Below are positions 26,904-36,654 of a stretch of 64,000 nucleotides of DNA, piece by piece. The notes under the pieces were generated by a model that made no database searches, was not told where the DNA came from, and saw nothing but the letters and a program-made list of their open reading frames with translations. Numbering within the stretch: position 1 is the stretch's first letter; each line of letters opens with the position of its first letter. The stretch is from IMG/VR virus record IMGVR_UViG_2706795039_000001, positions 1-64,000 of that record, one strand, 5' to 3'. Origin of the DNA: a virus. Lineage: Duplodnaviria; Caudoviricetes. Position numbers and translations under genes: made by a program.

Positions 26904-27287
26904 TTACCAACGCCTTGGGGCGTCGTCTTCTATGTCTATGTGTGTAAATGTATCGTACCTACCTATACCATACTTATTAGGGTATGTTTTTTCTAGATAG
27001 TCAGCAACTTTACTTGGTGCAACTCCAGAAACTTGAATATCTGCAGCTACCCCCCACAAGTGCTTAGACCCGGAGTACCTTTCCCCGGCTTTTCTTGGCC
27101 TACCACCTACTTTCTTGTTGTGTTCTTCACACCTACAGCCAGACGCTATCTTTACAGTAGCACCGTTAAAGTGCTCCTTTAAAGTTACTAGAACTTCTAG
27201 CAATTCTGCATCTACTGTAGAGTAGCCACACCCACACTTACACGCAAACTCTTTCCTAGAGAACCCTCTATTCCAAAGATTACTCAT
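26904..27287 (-). CDS. lys: Endolysin, peptidase M15A family
   Basis: EF.CKCGCG, SGCRC..HN, SKH..G.AADI, FTHID; adjacent to holin. Confidence 0.85.
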   Translation of the reverse strand: MSNLWNRGFSRKEFACKCGCGYSTVDAELLEVLVTLKEHFNGATVKIASGCRCEEHNKKVGGRPRKAGERYSGSKHLWGVAADIQVSGVAPSKVADYLEKTYPNKYGIGRYDTFTHIDIEDDAPRRW

Positions 27288-27955
27288 TATTTTGCCCTCC
27301 CTAAGGCTCTAGCCTGTGGCTCACATATTCTTTCAAGATACTCTTCAAGAGCTTCCTCTTCCTTAGCATCCTGATAAGGAAGTTCTACCCAAGCAATACC
27401 CACATATCCAGCATAGCTGTTATCTAGGTTGAATATTGGGCAAGTGAACATGTAAGACACATTAAGAGTCTTATATTCTTCTGCATTTGTAACGAACTCC
27501 CCTCTGTACGTTATCTCATTGAACTTTACTGGGTATGTTTTACCTAGTAAATGTTGTTGATACGCTGTACTGCTTCTATCCACAACCCTGTTGGTTAGTT
27601 TGGTAGGGTCTACATTTAGTTTACCTTCCCAAGCTATAATGTTTTGATAGTTGTTAATAAATTTAGGGGTATACTCGGCTATAAATACTGCATCAGAGTT
27701 AGATTGGACGTATAGTATTGCGGCCTTTTCCTTGGATACTTTTGGGTATTGTGCCTCCTGCTCCCCCCGTAGCTGTTGTGCTACAGTGGATTTTGAGAAG
27801 TTTTTAGCAAAGTCCAGGAAAGTGCCCTGATTGGTTATTACTAGGTATGACAGGACTAGTATGAAAGCAGTTGAAACCCTTATAAGGAAAACTTTAGGGT
27901 CTTGAACGTCTTTTAGTAGTGCCAGTAATACGTCTAGTATGGCAAATTTGTTCAT
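27287..27955 (-). CDS. hol: Holin (T4 T / T5-type)
   Basis: Single N-terminal TM plus periplasmic domain with TCPIFNL..YAGYVGI; coupled to endolysin. Confidence 0.8.
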   Translation of the reverse strand: MNKFAILDVLLALLKDVQDPKVFLIRVSTAFILVLSYLVITNQGTFLDFAKNFSKSTVAQQLRGEQEAQYPKVSKEKAAILYVQSNSDAVFIAEYTPKFINNYQNIIAWEGKLNVDPTKLTNRVVDRSSTAYQQHLLGKTYPVKFNEITYRGEFVTNAEEYKTLNVSYMFTCPIFNLDNSYAGYVGIAWVELPYQDAKEEEALEEYLERICEPQARALGRAK

Positions 27956-28154
27956 ACCAGTGTACCTCCAACTACCTAGTATATATTAGGTGCATTTAAA
28001 ATGCAAGATATTTCATATAGTTGTTACACATATGCTAATCAATCATCTCATATCACTTAACATCTAGAGAAGTAATAGAGTATCTACTAGTACATCAAGG
28101 CCGAGATGCCTTGATAGGGCTAGAAGCCCTATCATTATTAGAAGTGTTGTCATA

Positions 28155-29855
28155 CTAAAGCCCTAGGTAAATAAACTCATACTTGCCAGAATACGCAGGT
28201 TCATTATCTGTTTGGGTAACGCCCCCGTTCATACTAGCAGTGTTCCCACTATAAGTATGGTTATGGGCGGGAAGTGACACAGTGTGGGTATGCCCTGGTA
28301 GAGTAAAGGTATGGTTGTGCTGTAAAGACTGTGAGTCCAGAGATTCATCGCTTGAGCGTCCGACTAAGAATAGGTTTCGCGGCGCTATCATGGCAGCACC
28401 ACTTCCCCCGGATAAGAACCCAGTACCTACATAACATTGATATATGCCCCAGTTATTATCGGAAGAAGCCCACTGAGGTACTTTACCGGCATCGAAACGT
28501 GTACTAGTTGTTCCACCTATATCAGGACTGCCTCCAGTATTACCACTAGTAGCTGCAGAGTTTACCACGGTTCCACTATAGCTTAATGTAACGTTAGGTA
28601 ACGCTGTTCGTGGTAGCTTGAAGTCGCCACCCAACCCAAGGCCAGATCCGCTACCTTGTAACGTTCCCCCAGCAGCCCTAGCGTACCTACCCTGTGTATT
28701 AGGTAGGCTCCCTGATAATCCCAACCAAGTGGCTGCAGTTCTAGCGAAGGCTGGTAAGGTAGATATTGCACGACCATTTAACCTGTACCACCCATCATGG
28801 TCTGCCGATTGGTACGAGAACTTAGTATCTCCAATTGCCAAAGATACACAGTTTTTATCTACGTTAGCATAATCACCATTTACTCTTCGGCATGCTTTTG
28901 TGTTTAAACACAACCAATACCAGCCAGACCCCTGACCCTCATTAGACTCCTTATAGAAGAAGGTAAAGCTATCTCTAGCTTGGCGAAGGTGAAAGACACC
29001 TTGATTATGTGCCGTAAAGTCAATAGCAATTCTATCAGTTAAACCTAGCTCGGAGCCGTCTGTAAAAGTGAAGCTGTCCTTGAAAGTACTTGGTATAATA
29101 AACTGTGGTGGTGTTGGGCTGCTCCAATCGCCGTACCACAAATAGTCACACCCAATAAATATAGTTTGGCCTTCTTTAACTACTTCTGTGTGTTTGTTTA
29201 GTGTTACTTCTTTGTAAGGAAGAACTTTACTACGGAACCAAGGTAGCGTACTACTACCTTTTAGGTCTACTCCAGAGAAGCGAACAAAAAGCTTACTACC
29301 TTTTGCTAGTATGTAGAAGTTTGACTCTACCACCACAGGTTGACCAGAAGCCACTTCGTCTTCTGTAATGTCTCTATGGAAGTCAACCACCGGAGCACCT
29401 GTATCATCGTCACCGATCCAATATTGAGCACGTAGTCTCCCAGAGCTGGCTGGTTTTACCTCAAATGAGTAGGTTAACTTATCTCCAGCAGTGTAGCCTA
29501 CTTGCACTGGCTCCGTGAGTATTGTAGTGTCTATTAAATTAACGTTTAGTACACTGGATTGCCCTAACGCTATAAATTTAGGGTTACTATAACTACCGCC
29601 ATCCTGGTCGAACCTATTTACTAAACATAGAGCATCAGTACCGTCTGCAAGCCTAAAGCCTATAGCCTGAACGGCGTTACTCATACCAAATGCTGACCCT
29701 AGATATACAGTACTTGGTTTAACTTGCAGAGATGCGTCTCCTATAATCATATCCCTAACAGGGTCATACGAAAGCTTCTTTGCCAGTATATCTAGGTTCT
29801 TTTCATCAACTGGAGGCCTATTACCCCCTGATCCATACGCTGGTCCAAATCCCAC
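28155..29855 (-). CDS. Tail-collar-domain protein (fibre/spike-like)
   Basis: IGDTK.S.....GW...NG..IS..LPN..GRY collar motif; HNHT/HTHT repeats; EPAY C-terminus. Confidence 0.7.
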   Translation of the reverse strand: MGFGPAYGSGGNRPPVDEKNLDILAKKLSYDPVRDMIIGDASLQVKPSTVYLGSAFGMSNAVQAIGFRLADGTDALCLVNRFDQDGGSYSNPKFIALGQSSVLNVNLIDTTILTEPVQVGYTAGDKLTYSFEVKPASSGRLRAQYWIGDDDTGAPVVDFHRDITEDEVASGQPVVVESNFYILAKGSKLFVRFSGVDLKGSSTLPWFRSKVLPYKEVTLNKHTEVVKEGQTIFIGCDYLWYGDWSSPTPPQFIIPSTFKDSFTFTDGSELGLTDRIAIDFTAHNQGVFHLRQARDSFTFFYKESNEGQGSGWYWLCLNTKACRRVNGDYANVDKNCVSLAIGDTKFSYQSADHDGWYRLNGRAISTLPAFARTAATWLGLSGSLPNTQGRYARAAGGTLQGSGSGLGLGGDFKLPRTALPNVTLSYSGTVVNSAATSGNTGGSPDIGGTTSTRFDAGKVPQWASSDNNWGIYQCYVGTGFLSGGSGAAMIAPRNLFLVGRSSDESLDSQSLQHNHTFTLPGHTHTVSLPAHNHTYSGNTASMNGGVTQTDNEPAYSGKYEFIYLGL

Positions 29856-29865
29856 CTTAATCTCC

Positions 29866-30195
29866 TTAGGTTAGGTTCTGTACTACTTTTAGTTGGTACG
29901 TCTCAGCACCAACTATAGCCGTAAGTATAGACACTTTAACCTCTGTTACGTTCCCGCCCCAGTTGGCTTCCCCACTAGTGGTAACGTCTATAGTACCATT
30001 TACAGTGTCAGAGTACCTATTGTTAGTTAGATGTTTGGCCTCAATTTTAACAGAGCCTGCTGTTGGGATTACTTCATCGCCGTTTGTATTGAAAAAGCTT
30101 ACTCCAGCGAAACAATGAGTGTTCTTGGGGCTTACCTGAAGGATTACAGGCAATGATACCAATTGTTTTGGGCTGGTAAATATTAAATAAGACAT
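29866..30195 (-). CDS. Hypothetical beta-rich protein co-transcribed with the collar protein
   Basis: GGAGG SD; own promoter upstream. Confidence 0.7.
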   Translation of the reverse strand: MSYLIFTSPKQLVSLPVILQVSPKNTHCFAGVSFFNTNGDEVIPTAGSVKIEAKHLTNNRYSDTVNGTIDVTTSGEANWGGNVTEVKVSILTAIVGAETYQLKVVQNLT

Positions 30196-30315
30196 ATATT
30201 ACCTCCAGATTTATTTTTCTATATTATATCAAACACCTGGTCATATGTAAAATATGTTTATAAAATGTTACATGGTATTGTAATGAAAAAGCCCTGCTCA
30301 ATGGCAGGGCTTTTA

Positions 30316-30969
30316 TTAAGCACAATTCAGAGATACGAACTCCCTGACTTTCTCTATATACTCTTCTCTCGATCCGTCGTTGATTATTTTATAGTCTATC
30401 AACTCTTCCCGTATCCCTTTTTCACTGGCGTGCTCAGTACCTAGGGGCGTGAATAAAGGCCTGGAAACAGATAGTAATATAGCTCCGCTACTTTTAAACC
30501 ATTCGGCTTCATTGTCGAACCTAATATCCGGTATAATAACTCCACTACTGGGAGCCACTTTTAGCCAAATATCATTGTCGATGTGTCTACCCCACTCAGT
30601 ACCAAAGAGTTGGAAAGCTTTCCTAGGAGAGATATAACAAAATACTTGGGAACGTTGCTCATCATAACGTATGTCAAAAAGCTCTATTAACTTTTCCCAA
30701 CAGTCGTGGAAGGCCTCGTACTGGTCTAGTCCGTAATCGTTGTAAAGCATCCCAGCAGCTTCTAGGCTCTCTACTGTAATAGGGTAGAGTAGTACAATTT
30801 CCTTATACGCCCCCTCTCTCCTAGATTCATCCCAGTTAAATAGAGCGCACATTATGTCTTTTATAGGTTTTGCTAATGGCCACTGCTCCATACCAGTTAG
30901 ATTACTTATTTCTTCAGCGGCTGTAGATTTGCCACAACGACCTAGCCCGTTAATTATAATAGACCTCAT
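30316..30969 (-). CDS. dnk: Deoxynucleoside monophosphate kinase
   Basis: G.GRCGKST, LA.PIK, SPR...Q..GTEWGR, DIRFDNE, HASE. Confidence 0.9.
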   Translation of the reverse strand: MRSIIINGLGRCGKSTAAEEISNLTGMEQWPLAKPIKDIMCALFNWDESRREGAYKEIVLLYPITVESLEAAGMLYNDYGLDQYEAFHDCWEKLIELFDIRYDEQRSQVFCYISPRKAFQLFGTEWGRHIDNDIWLKVAPSSGVIIPDIRFDNEAEWFKSSGAILLSVSRPLFTPLGTEHASEKGIREELIDYKIINDGSREEYIEKVREFVSLNCA

Positions 30970-31250
30970 TTATTCTCCTTACAAAAATCATACGAAGGCT
31001 CGTAAAAACATACAATACCTTGCAACTCTTTAATATATCTGATAGTGTCTACTGACTGCTCTTTTAATCTTACACCGTCCTCCACATGTAACAAAAGGTA
31101 AGGCTCGTTTGTTGGATGCGGCAGGAACTTAATTTTATGAGTGACTATTGGTGTAGGTTTTTTAGGTGGAACTGGTTTTGGAAGTTCAAGAGGTGCTGGA
31201 GGAGTGGAGGTACACCCAACCAACAGCAGCAATAAGGCTAGTCTTTTCAT
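30966..31250 (-). CDS. o-spanin (Rz1-like lipoprotein)
   Basis: Lipobox LLVGC, Pro-rich. Confidence 0.75.
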   Translation of the reverse strand: MKRLALLLLLVGCTSTPPAPLELPKPVPPKKPTPIVTHKIKFLPHPTNEPYLLLHVEDGVRLKEQSVDTIRYIKELQGIVCFYEPSYDFCKENK

Positions 31251-31603
31251 TTACTCACCTTCTCTAACTCAGCTAGCAGCTTTTCATAGTCTTCGTTAAC
31301 TAATTTGACATATAATGTTGCTCGTTTTTCAGCAATAGCTGTAACTCTAGTCAGGTCTTTTGCAGCTCTCTGCCTAGACCTTAAGGCGTCCTCTTCTAAT
31401 CGCTGTAGCTCCTGGTAATAGTCGCTAGCTTTTTGCTTATTAGCTTCCACCGCCTTAGACATTGTTGAGATAGTGTCCTCTAATGAAGTTACTTTCTCGT
31501 TTAATCTACCAACTTCTTTTGTTTGAGTGTAGGCCGCATACCCTGCGCCCGCCAGCAAAAGGAGAAGAACTCCAATAATTACGTATGTGTTAGGCATTTT
31601 CAA
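31247..31603 (-). CDS. i-spanin (Rz-like)
   Basis: N-terminal TM plus coiled coil, upstream of the lipoprotein. Confidence 0.75.
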   Translation of the reverse strand: MKMPNTYVIIGVLLLLLAGAGYAAYTQTKEVGRLNEKVTSLEDTISTMSKAVEANKQKASDYYQELQRLEEDALRSRQRAAKDLTRVTAIAEKRATLYVKLVNEDYEKLLAELEKVSK

Positions 31604-31853
31604 TTATCTCTACTAGTTTGTCACCATGACACGGTTGTGGCTTACAGTGACAGCCTAGCCTTTTACCTTTTAGACTTTTTAAGTAGTCTAAACTGATTCT
31701 ACCAGACTCTATCATAGCAGGTAAGTATTGCTCGTGATAAAGTCTAATATTTTCTAGCCTACCGTAGCTTGAGAAGGGGTTCCCCAAAGGAGACCCCCTA
31801 CCGATATAAACATCGTACTCTTCTGTTTTTACATTTACAATCTTAGTACTCAA
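31590..31853 (-). CDS. DUF4326 family protein
   Basis: YDVYIGRGS..GNPF, LGCHCKP.PCHGD. Confidence 0.85.
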   Translation of the reverse strand: MSTKIVNVKTEEYDVYIGRGSPLGNPFSSYGRLENIRLYHEQYLPAMIESGRISLDYLKSLKGKRLGCHCKPQPCHGDKLVEIIENA

Positions 31854-32025
31854 CGCTGTAATCTCCTGTAGCAGCTAGCTCCTTGAACAGCTCTTTTGAT
31901 ATAAGGTCTACTATATCGGACTGGAGGGAAGACAGATAAGCATCAAGCTCTTCCTCAGATAGAACCATTCTCCAGATGCTGTCACTACCATCATGTCTAA
32001 AGTAGTAGGACTTTTTCTTGCTCAT
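31843..32025 (-). CDS. Hypothetical protein
   Basis: ATGA-coupled. Confidence 0.6.
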   Translation of the reverse strand: MSKKKSYYFRHDGSDSIWRMVLSEEELDAYLSSLQSDIVDLISKELFKELAATGDYSVEY

Positions 32026-32471
32026 TTTCTACCTCTGCCAAGCAATAGGAAGTAGGTGTAAGGACTACCTAACATCTCGTAAACGGAGTCTATATCTTTA
32101 CTAGATAAGAAACCTGGTTCGTCAATTATAACAAGTGATAATGGCCTAGTTCCAAGGCCGGACAGCCTAACCTTGTTGTCACAGGTACTTACTGACTTTG
32201 CAGGTAGTTCATACTGCTTAATGATGTGTTCTACCATCTGGTAGGAGTGCGGAATAATCAGCCTATTGTCAGGGTCTGCCGAAACTAGTGATGCTGCGAA
32301 GGTAGTCTTACCAGTCTGACGTCCAAAGTCTAGATGAATAGTATTGAACTGCTTACAGTACTCTACTACACCTGCATTGTAGAACCACTCTTCTACATTT
32401 GCCCTGCGTTTTAGTTCGTTGTTTGCGGATAATGCGGCGTCAAGCGCCATACCGTAGTAGGATATATCCAT
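32022..32471 (-). CDS. Small P-loop NTPase-like protein
   Basis: GRQTGKT Walker A, VIIDE Walker B. Confidence 0.65.
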   Translation of the reverse strand: MDISYYGMALDAALSANNELKRRANVEEWFYNAGVVEYCKQFNTIHLDFGRQTGKTTFAASLVSADPDNRLIIPHSYQMVEHIIKQYELPAKSVSTCDNKVRLSGLGTRPLSLVIIDEPGFLSSKDIDSVYEMLGSPYTYFLLLGRGRK

Positions 32472-32532
32472 TATAATTACCTCTTGGTGTTACTATACTC
32501 CTGTTTCAATACAAACATAAGGTTCTCCAACC

Positions 32533-32608
32533 TGGCGCAGTGAGAGGGATTCGAACCCTCGCTACAAGCTTAGAAGGCTAGTGTTCTATCCGATTAAACT
32601 ATCACCGC
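32533..32608 (-). tRNA. tRNA-Arg(UCU)
   Basis: Cloverleaf, loop CT-TCT-AA, GTTCGAAT, encoded CCA. Confidence 0.9.
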
Positions 32609-32614
32609 AAAATT

Positions 32615-32968
32615 TTAACTTTCGGCGTATTCCACTACTGGGTTACCATTTAGTGTCATAGCTACAGCATCAAAACGAGGATCAGTGCCTAGTAGCTTTT
32701 CAGCAGCAGATTGTAGTGAGTAAGCAAAAGTGCCACCGAGCCTGTGAAGTTCTCCACCTACTTCCACACATACTATGTATGGTCGGGAAGCTGCTCTTCG
32801 CATGTTAGCCAGTATCTCTTCCATTTCTTTGTACTGAGCTGACTCACTGCCCAGGTTTTCTTTAGTAGAAAGCATACATAGCTGTACATAGGCTTGTTGA
32901 GCGTCAACGTCACCACTTAGAGCTTTTAATACATTTTGATTAATCATCTGTACTCCAAAGAGCTTCAC
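32615..32968 (-). CDS. Hypothetical protein
   Basis: ORF. Confidence 0.65.
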   Translation of the reverse strand: MKLFGVQMINQNVLKALSGDVDAQQAYVQLCMLSTKENLGSESAQYKEMEEILANMRRAASRPYIVCVEVGGELHRLGGTFAYSLQSAAEKLLGTDPRFDAVAMTLNGNPVVEYAES

Positions 32969-33143
32969 GCTCTACTACAAAACTATGGAGACTAGGCTCT
33001 TGGAACGGAGCGCTGAACAGCATCGTCTTTCCAATCTTGCCTAGAAATGCCCTATTACCTTTATGGTCAGGAAAGCACATATCAGCTTTCTGGAAAATCC
33101 ATTTTAGTCGCTTGTTATTGCGAGCTTTCAACTTTCGTTTCAT
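32940..33143 (-). CDS. Basic hypothetical protein
   Basis: MKRKLKARNNKR; N-terminus resembles 35330-35632. Confidence 0.6.
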   Translation of the reverse strand: MKRKLKARNNKRLKWIFQKADMCFPDHKGNRAFLGKIGKTMLFSAPFQEPSLHSFVVEREALWSTDD

Positions 33144-33159
33144 ACATACCTCGTGTATC

Positions 33160-33236
33160 TGGGGTGATCGACGGGAATTGAACCCGTTTCCTCAGGGTCA
33201 CAACCTGAACATCATCCTGATAAATGCTTCGACCAC
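33160..33236 (-). tRNA. tRNA-His(GUG)
   Basis: Loop TT-GTG-AC, C73, CCA. Confidence 0.9.
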
Positions 33237-33237
33237 A

Positions 33238-33403
33238 TTAAAATACTCTACACAGTACACTACAAGGCGGCCACTCCTTGCGTATGACCTGACCTCATTT
33301 ATTCAGGCTTTCATGAAGCATCGTTTCTAGCGTTAAACGTGCTACAAAGGCTTTCTGTTAACAGCAACCTGCTAGGGAGCTACTGTCTTCAAGAGCATTT
33401 TAA
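33238..33403 (-). ncRNA. Putative structured RNA 5' of tRNA-His
   Basis: Closing stem TTAAAATGCTCT/AGAGTATTTTAA, inner ACAGTA/TACTGT. Confidence 0.45.
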
Positions 33404-33520
33404 TGTGTAAAGTCGAGAAAGGTTGTTCGTTCACTCGGACTACTTATTCGTCTCTCGCCGTTTTTTCTTTCTCAACTTTATTTAAGTATTATACGCTAAA
33501 ATATAGCTTTTAGCAATTTA

Positions 33521-33901
33521 TTATTTTAACGAATACGAGGAAGGGAAGTTGCTTTGAGCATCCAAGTCCTCGATAACTTGAACCTTGCCCATAAAGTCTA
33601 CAAACATGGCGTTCACAACATACGGGCAGAAACCAGGTTTAGGTTCGATAAACTTTGCAATAGCAGAGCACTGCTCTTCTGGTTCTTTGTCAAAATCAAC
33701 AAACTCTTCCAATCCTAGATAGAACTGTGATTGGTTGATGAAATCAACCACGTACATCTCCGACACCACAATAGTTTCTGGTGAGGGCATCTCATCTGCT
33801 AGAGACGTAGTGTTTTCATAGTCAGGCTTATACGCGATAGTTACAACTAGCGACTGTAGCATACCTACAGGCATATATCCATTGATTTCTTTGGCCATCA
33901 C
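33521..33901 (-). CDS. Hypothetical protein
   Basis: ORF. Confidence 0.7.
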   Translation of the reverse strand: MMAKEINGYMPVGMLQSLVVTIAYKPDYENTTSLADEMPSPETIVVSEMYVVDFINQSQFYLGLEEFVDFDKEPEEQCSAIAKFIEPKPGFCPYVVNAMFVDFMGKVQVIEDLDAQSNFPSSYSLK

Positions 33902-33924
33902 ATTACTCTCTAGTCAGTAGATTT

Positions 33925-34001
33925 TGGAGGAGGATACCGGACTCGAACCGGCTAATTCAGGATTTGCAATCCAGTGCCTCGACCACTTCAGCTTATCACC
34001 C
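33925..34001 (-). tRNA. tRNA-Cys(GCA)
   Basis: Loop TT-GCA-AA, U73, CCA. Confidence 0.9.
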
Positions 34002-34214
34002 TATCGAATTTATTTGATTATTATACTAAATAATCACGCTATTAGCAAATACTATTTTTTAGCTTCTGCTAAACTTCTCAACTTAGCGGAGGCTTCCGCA
34101 TAGTTTTTAGCTGCATTTCTGCTAGCTACTTCGGCACGCTTAATATCCTTTCTAGCCTTCTGCAAGAGAAGGAAAGCGTTATGTGTTACTTCTTCTAGCG
34201 TCATGGAAGCTCTC

Positions 34215-34487
34215 CTACCGGCTAATTAGCTTCATGTTGACAAGTTTATCGAGAAGCTCATAGTCCTCGTCACAAGGATATTGGATATTAGCTATGACCT
34301 GTTGGAAATCTTTCGCCAACTGCTCGGCATCAGGTCTTTCCAAGATAGACCAATTATCATGAGAATCCGCTATTTCTTTTTCTACTGCCCCTACAACAGA
34401 TACAACCTCCTCTCGGTCTTCAGTACATTCAGTAGATACTAGTTCCAGCAGAGTGTGGAGTAAAGATAGTTCAATAGCTACTTTCAT
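34215..34487 (-). CDS. Hypothetical protein
   Basis: First gene after promoter. Confidence 0.7.
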   Translation of the reverse strand: MKVAIELSLLHTLLELVSTECTEDREEVVSVVGAVEKEIADSHDNWSILERPDAEQLAKDFQQVIANIQYPCDEDYELLDKLVNMKLISR

Positions 34488-34545
34488 CTTCTAAGTTCCT
34501 TTTTCAAACTTTATGAAACTATTATAAAGGAATAATACCTGTTTA

Positions 34546-34740
34546 TCAAGAAGAAAATTTAAGAAAATCAGTAACAAACTCTTGAGAAGTTGGTTTTCCT
34601 TTTTCTTCACAGGACTCGCAAACTACCTCACTGGTAGTTATCCACCGATCACGGGAACCGCGCGGCTTTACCGCTACGCGGTATGGAAAGCGCGGTTCCC
34701 CGAATAGAATCAATGAATTACAGTGTTTGCACTTCGACAC
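34546..34740 (-). CDS. Small CxxC..CxxC protein
   Basis: CKHC ... CESC. Confidence 0.6.
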   Translation of the reverse strand: MSKCKHCNSLILFGEPRFPYRVAVKPRGSRDRWITTSEVVCESCEEKGKPTSQEFVTDFLKFSS

Positions 34741-34961
34741 TCTTCTTCCCGCAATAACCTAAATTGACACTCCGTAGCTAGGACGAAACGTCCGTCACTG
34801 AGCTGGATTATTAGCACTCCTGGCGCTTCATTGTCCTCTCGAACAATCACTCCACGAACAACTTTAGTCGTATCGTGGTTGAAACACACATCAACGCTCC
34901 TTCCCAGCCAAGTACCCTGCTCAGGGAAGGTATCAAAACCTACATTTTTTACAACACCCGT
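34710..34961 (-). CDS. Unannotated hypothetical protein with apparent ACG start
   Basis: Open frame (T/M)GVVKNVGFDTFPEQG..LG..V.VCF..D...G.IVRED...PG..IIQL.DGRFVLATECQ directly after the upstream stop. Confidence 0.6.
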   Translation of the reverse strand, partial: TGVVKNVGFDTFPEQGTWLGRSVDVCFNHDTTKVVRGVIVREDNEAPGVLIIQLSDGRFVLATECQFRLLREEECRSANTVIH

Positions 34962-34962
34962 A

Positions 34963-35328
34963 CTACACCATGACCTTAGCTGTTATTGCCCACATTATTG
35001 GCATGGTTTCATCCATAGTGGAGTAACCTTTACCTTTTAACCAAGCAATACACTCCGAAAATGGTGCTACTAAGTGTACCCGTTCGGGGGCGTCATACTC
35101 TACTACACGATACATATCTTCACCAGAAGGACTGGTTAAGGCCTCGCTAGCCTGCTCCATCTTCATCAAATGAGAGACTACGATTTCTGTGTCCTTAGAG
35201 GTGTATGCCTTTAACTCAGATAATACTGAGTCACCGTTTTCATAGTCAATATACTCTAAGCAAAAGTCTAGCAGGTCTGCTCCATCTCGAATCACACTTA
35301 CTGGTACTACCACATTTTGATAACCCAC
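34963..35328 (-). CDS. Hypothetical protein
   Basis: AAGGAG SD, GTG start. Confidence 0.7.
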   Translation of the reverse strand: MGYQNVVVPVSVIRDGADLLDFCLEYIDYENGDSVLSELKAYTSKDTEIVVSHLMKMEQASEALTSPSGEDMYRVVEYDAPERVHLVAPFSECIAWLKGKGYSTMDETMPIMWAITAKVMV

Positions 35329-35329
35329 C

Positions 35330-35632
35330 CTAGACTCCTTTTAGCTTCGCTACTTCTGCGTCTGTTAGAGATACGTAACCCGAACATATAGGCCTACGAT
35401 TTGGCCTGTTTACCATTACTGGTACAAAGAACATATCTAGTATGTCGTTTTTCTCGATCCTACAGTAGTCGTAGTAGATACCAAACCTTTTTGCTGCGCG
35501 TGATATACGCTTGTGTTGCTTAATCGCTTTTTTGATTTCCAAAACGTGAAAAAGCTCTAGATCGTTTCTTTTTGCTAGGAGCAGTAGAGACGTAATTTTT
35601 GCTTTATTTCGTTTCGTCAGTTTTCTTTTCAT
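35330..35632 (-). CDS. Basic hypothetical protein
   Basis: ORF. Confidence 0.65.
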   Translation of the reverse strand: MKRKLTKRNKAKITSLLLLAKRNDLELFHVLEIKKAIKQHKRISRAAKRFGIYYDYCRIEKNDILDMFFVPVMVNRPNRRPICSGYVSLTDAEVAKLKGV

Positions 35633-35891
35633 GCTTATACTCCTGTTGCACTAGGGCAACATACCCACCTTCTACAGGGGTTACAAAGGCGTTTACGACA
35701 CGTTCACCCAAGTATGTTTTAATTGGGGGAGTTAATGGCAGTAACGCGCTAGCAATAGAGCAAAATTGGTCAAACGACACCCCAAATACTTCCTGAAGCT
35801 CTTCTTCAACCAGCTCTTCATCACTGTTCTCGTCCATACCTAGAACAGCTTCTGCTACACTATAGTATTCCCACCAGTCTGCTTTACTCAT
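35604..35891 (-). CDS. Hypothetical protein
   Basis: ORF; LLPLTP motif. Confidence 0.7.
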   Translation of the reverse strand: MSKADWWEYYSVAEAVLGMDENSDEELVEEELQEVFGVSFDQFCSIASALLPLTPPIKTYLGERVVNAFVTPVEGGYVALVQQEYKHEKKTDETK

Positions 35892-36148
35892 AGGATAATC
35901 TCCTTGTCTAATGCATTAATTGTGCTTCCCAAGAGAGCTATAGCCCATACTAGGGCGAAGCTATACAGAGGCACTGCTGTAACTGCACTAATATAAGTTA
36001 GTGCGCATGTCAAGAGCGTAGACACTGCCACAGCGGCTCTACGGTCTTTCTGCACAAAGTGCACATAAATTTTTTGGTATAAGAACATGCGCTCTATAAC
36101 TTTATTATGTGAGGTTGATTTCTTCATGTAATTAAGTCCTCTTTTCAA
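35888..36148 (-). CDS. Small membrane protein
   Basis: Two hydrophobic segments. Confidence 0.6.
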   Translation of the reverse strand: MKRGLNYMKKSTSHNKVIERMFLYQKIYVHFVQKDRRAAVAVSTLLTCALTYISAVTAVPLYSFALVWAIALLGSTINALDKEIIL

Positions 36149-36189
36149 TTTATAAGTAAATTATAAACTAAAAAGAGGATAGTTTCAAG

Positions 36190-36645
36190 TTAGAATTTTA
36201 CTAATCTAAACTCTAGGGTCACACCTTCTTCATAGACTAGGTGACTTGAAATTAGCTTGGCGCTATTTATCTTATCCATCACTCTTTGAGATAGGTAAAC
36301 GTCCCCTGAGAAAGTACCATGAATAAGAGTTATAAACCCGAACTCACATAAATCTATTCCAGACTCTATTAACTGAGCACCACCAATAAGGTAGCAGTCT
36401 TTCTTGTAGTGAGGAAGAGTCTTCCAAGTATCGAAGCCTGGGTATAAAGCTCTACTCGTGGTTACTACAACGTTTCTTCTGTTAGGTAAAGGGAAAGCTG
36501 GATGTTTAGCTGTGTTGCTTCCCATGATAATTGTGGAACCCTCAGTTAGATTCTTGAAGAACCTAAGGTCACTTGGGAAGTGCCAGGGCAGGCCGTTACC
36601 GGCCCCAATAAGGCCGGTAGGTGTCATTGCAATCACTAAATGCAT
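36190..36645 (-). CDS. frd: Dihydrofolate reductase
   Basis: IG..NGLPW..PSDL.FFK..T, IMG..T, PLPNRRNVV, IGGAQ. Confidence 0.95.
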   Translation of the reverse strand: MHLVIAMTPTGLIGAGNGLPWHFPSDLRFFKNLTEGSTIIMGSNTAKHPAFPLPNRRNVVVTTSRALYPGFDTWKTLPHYKKDCYLIGGAQLIESGIDLCEFGFITLIHGTFSGDVYLSQRVMDKINSAKLISSHLVYEEGVTLEFRLVKF

Positions 36646-36654
36646 AAAAGTACC

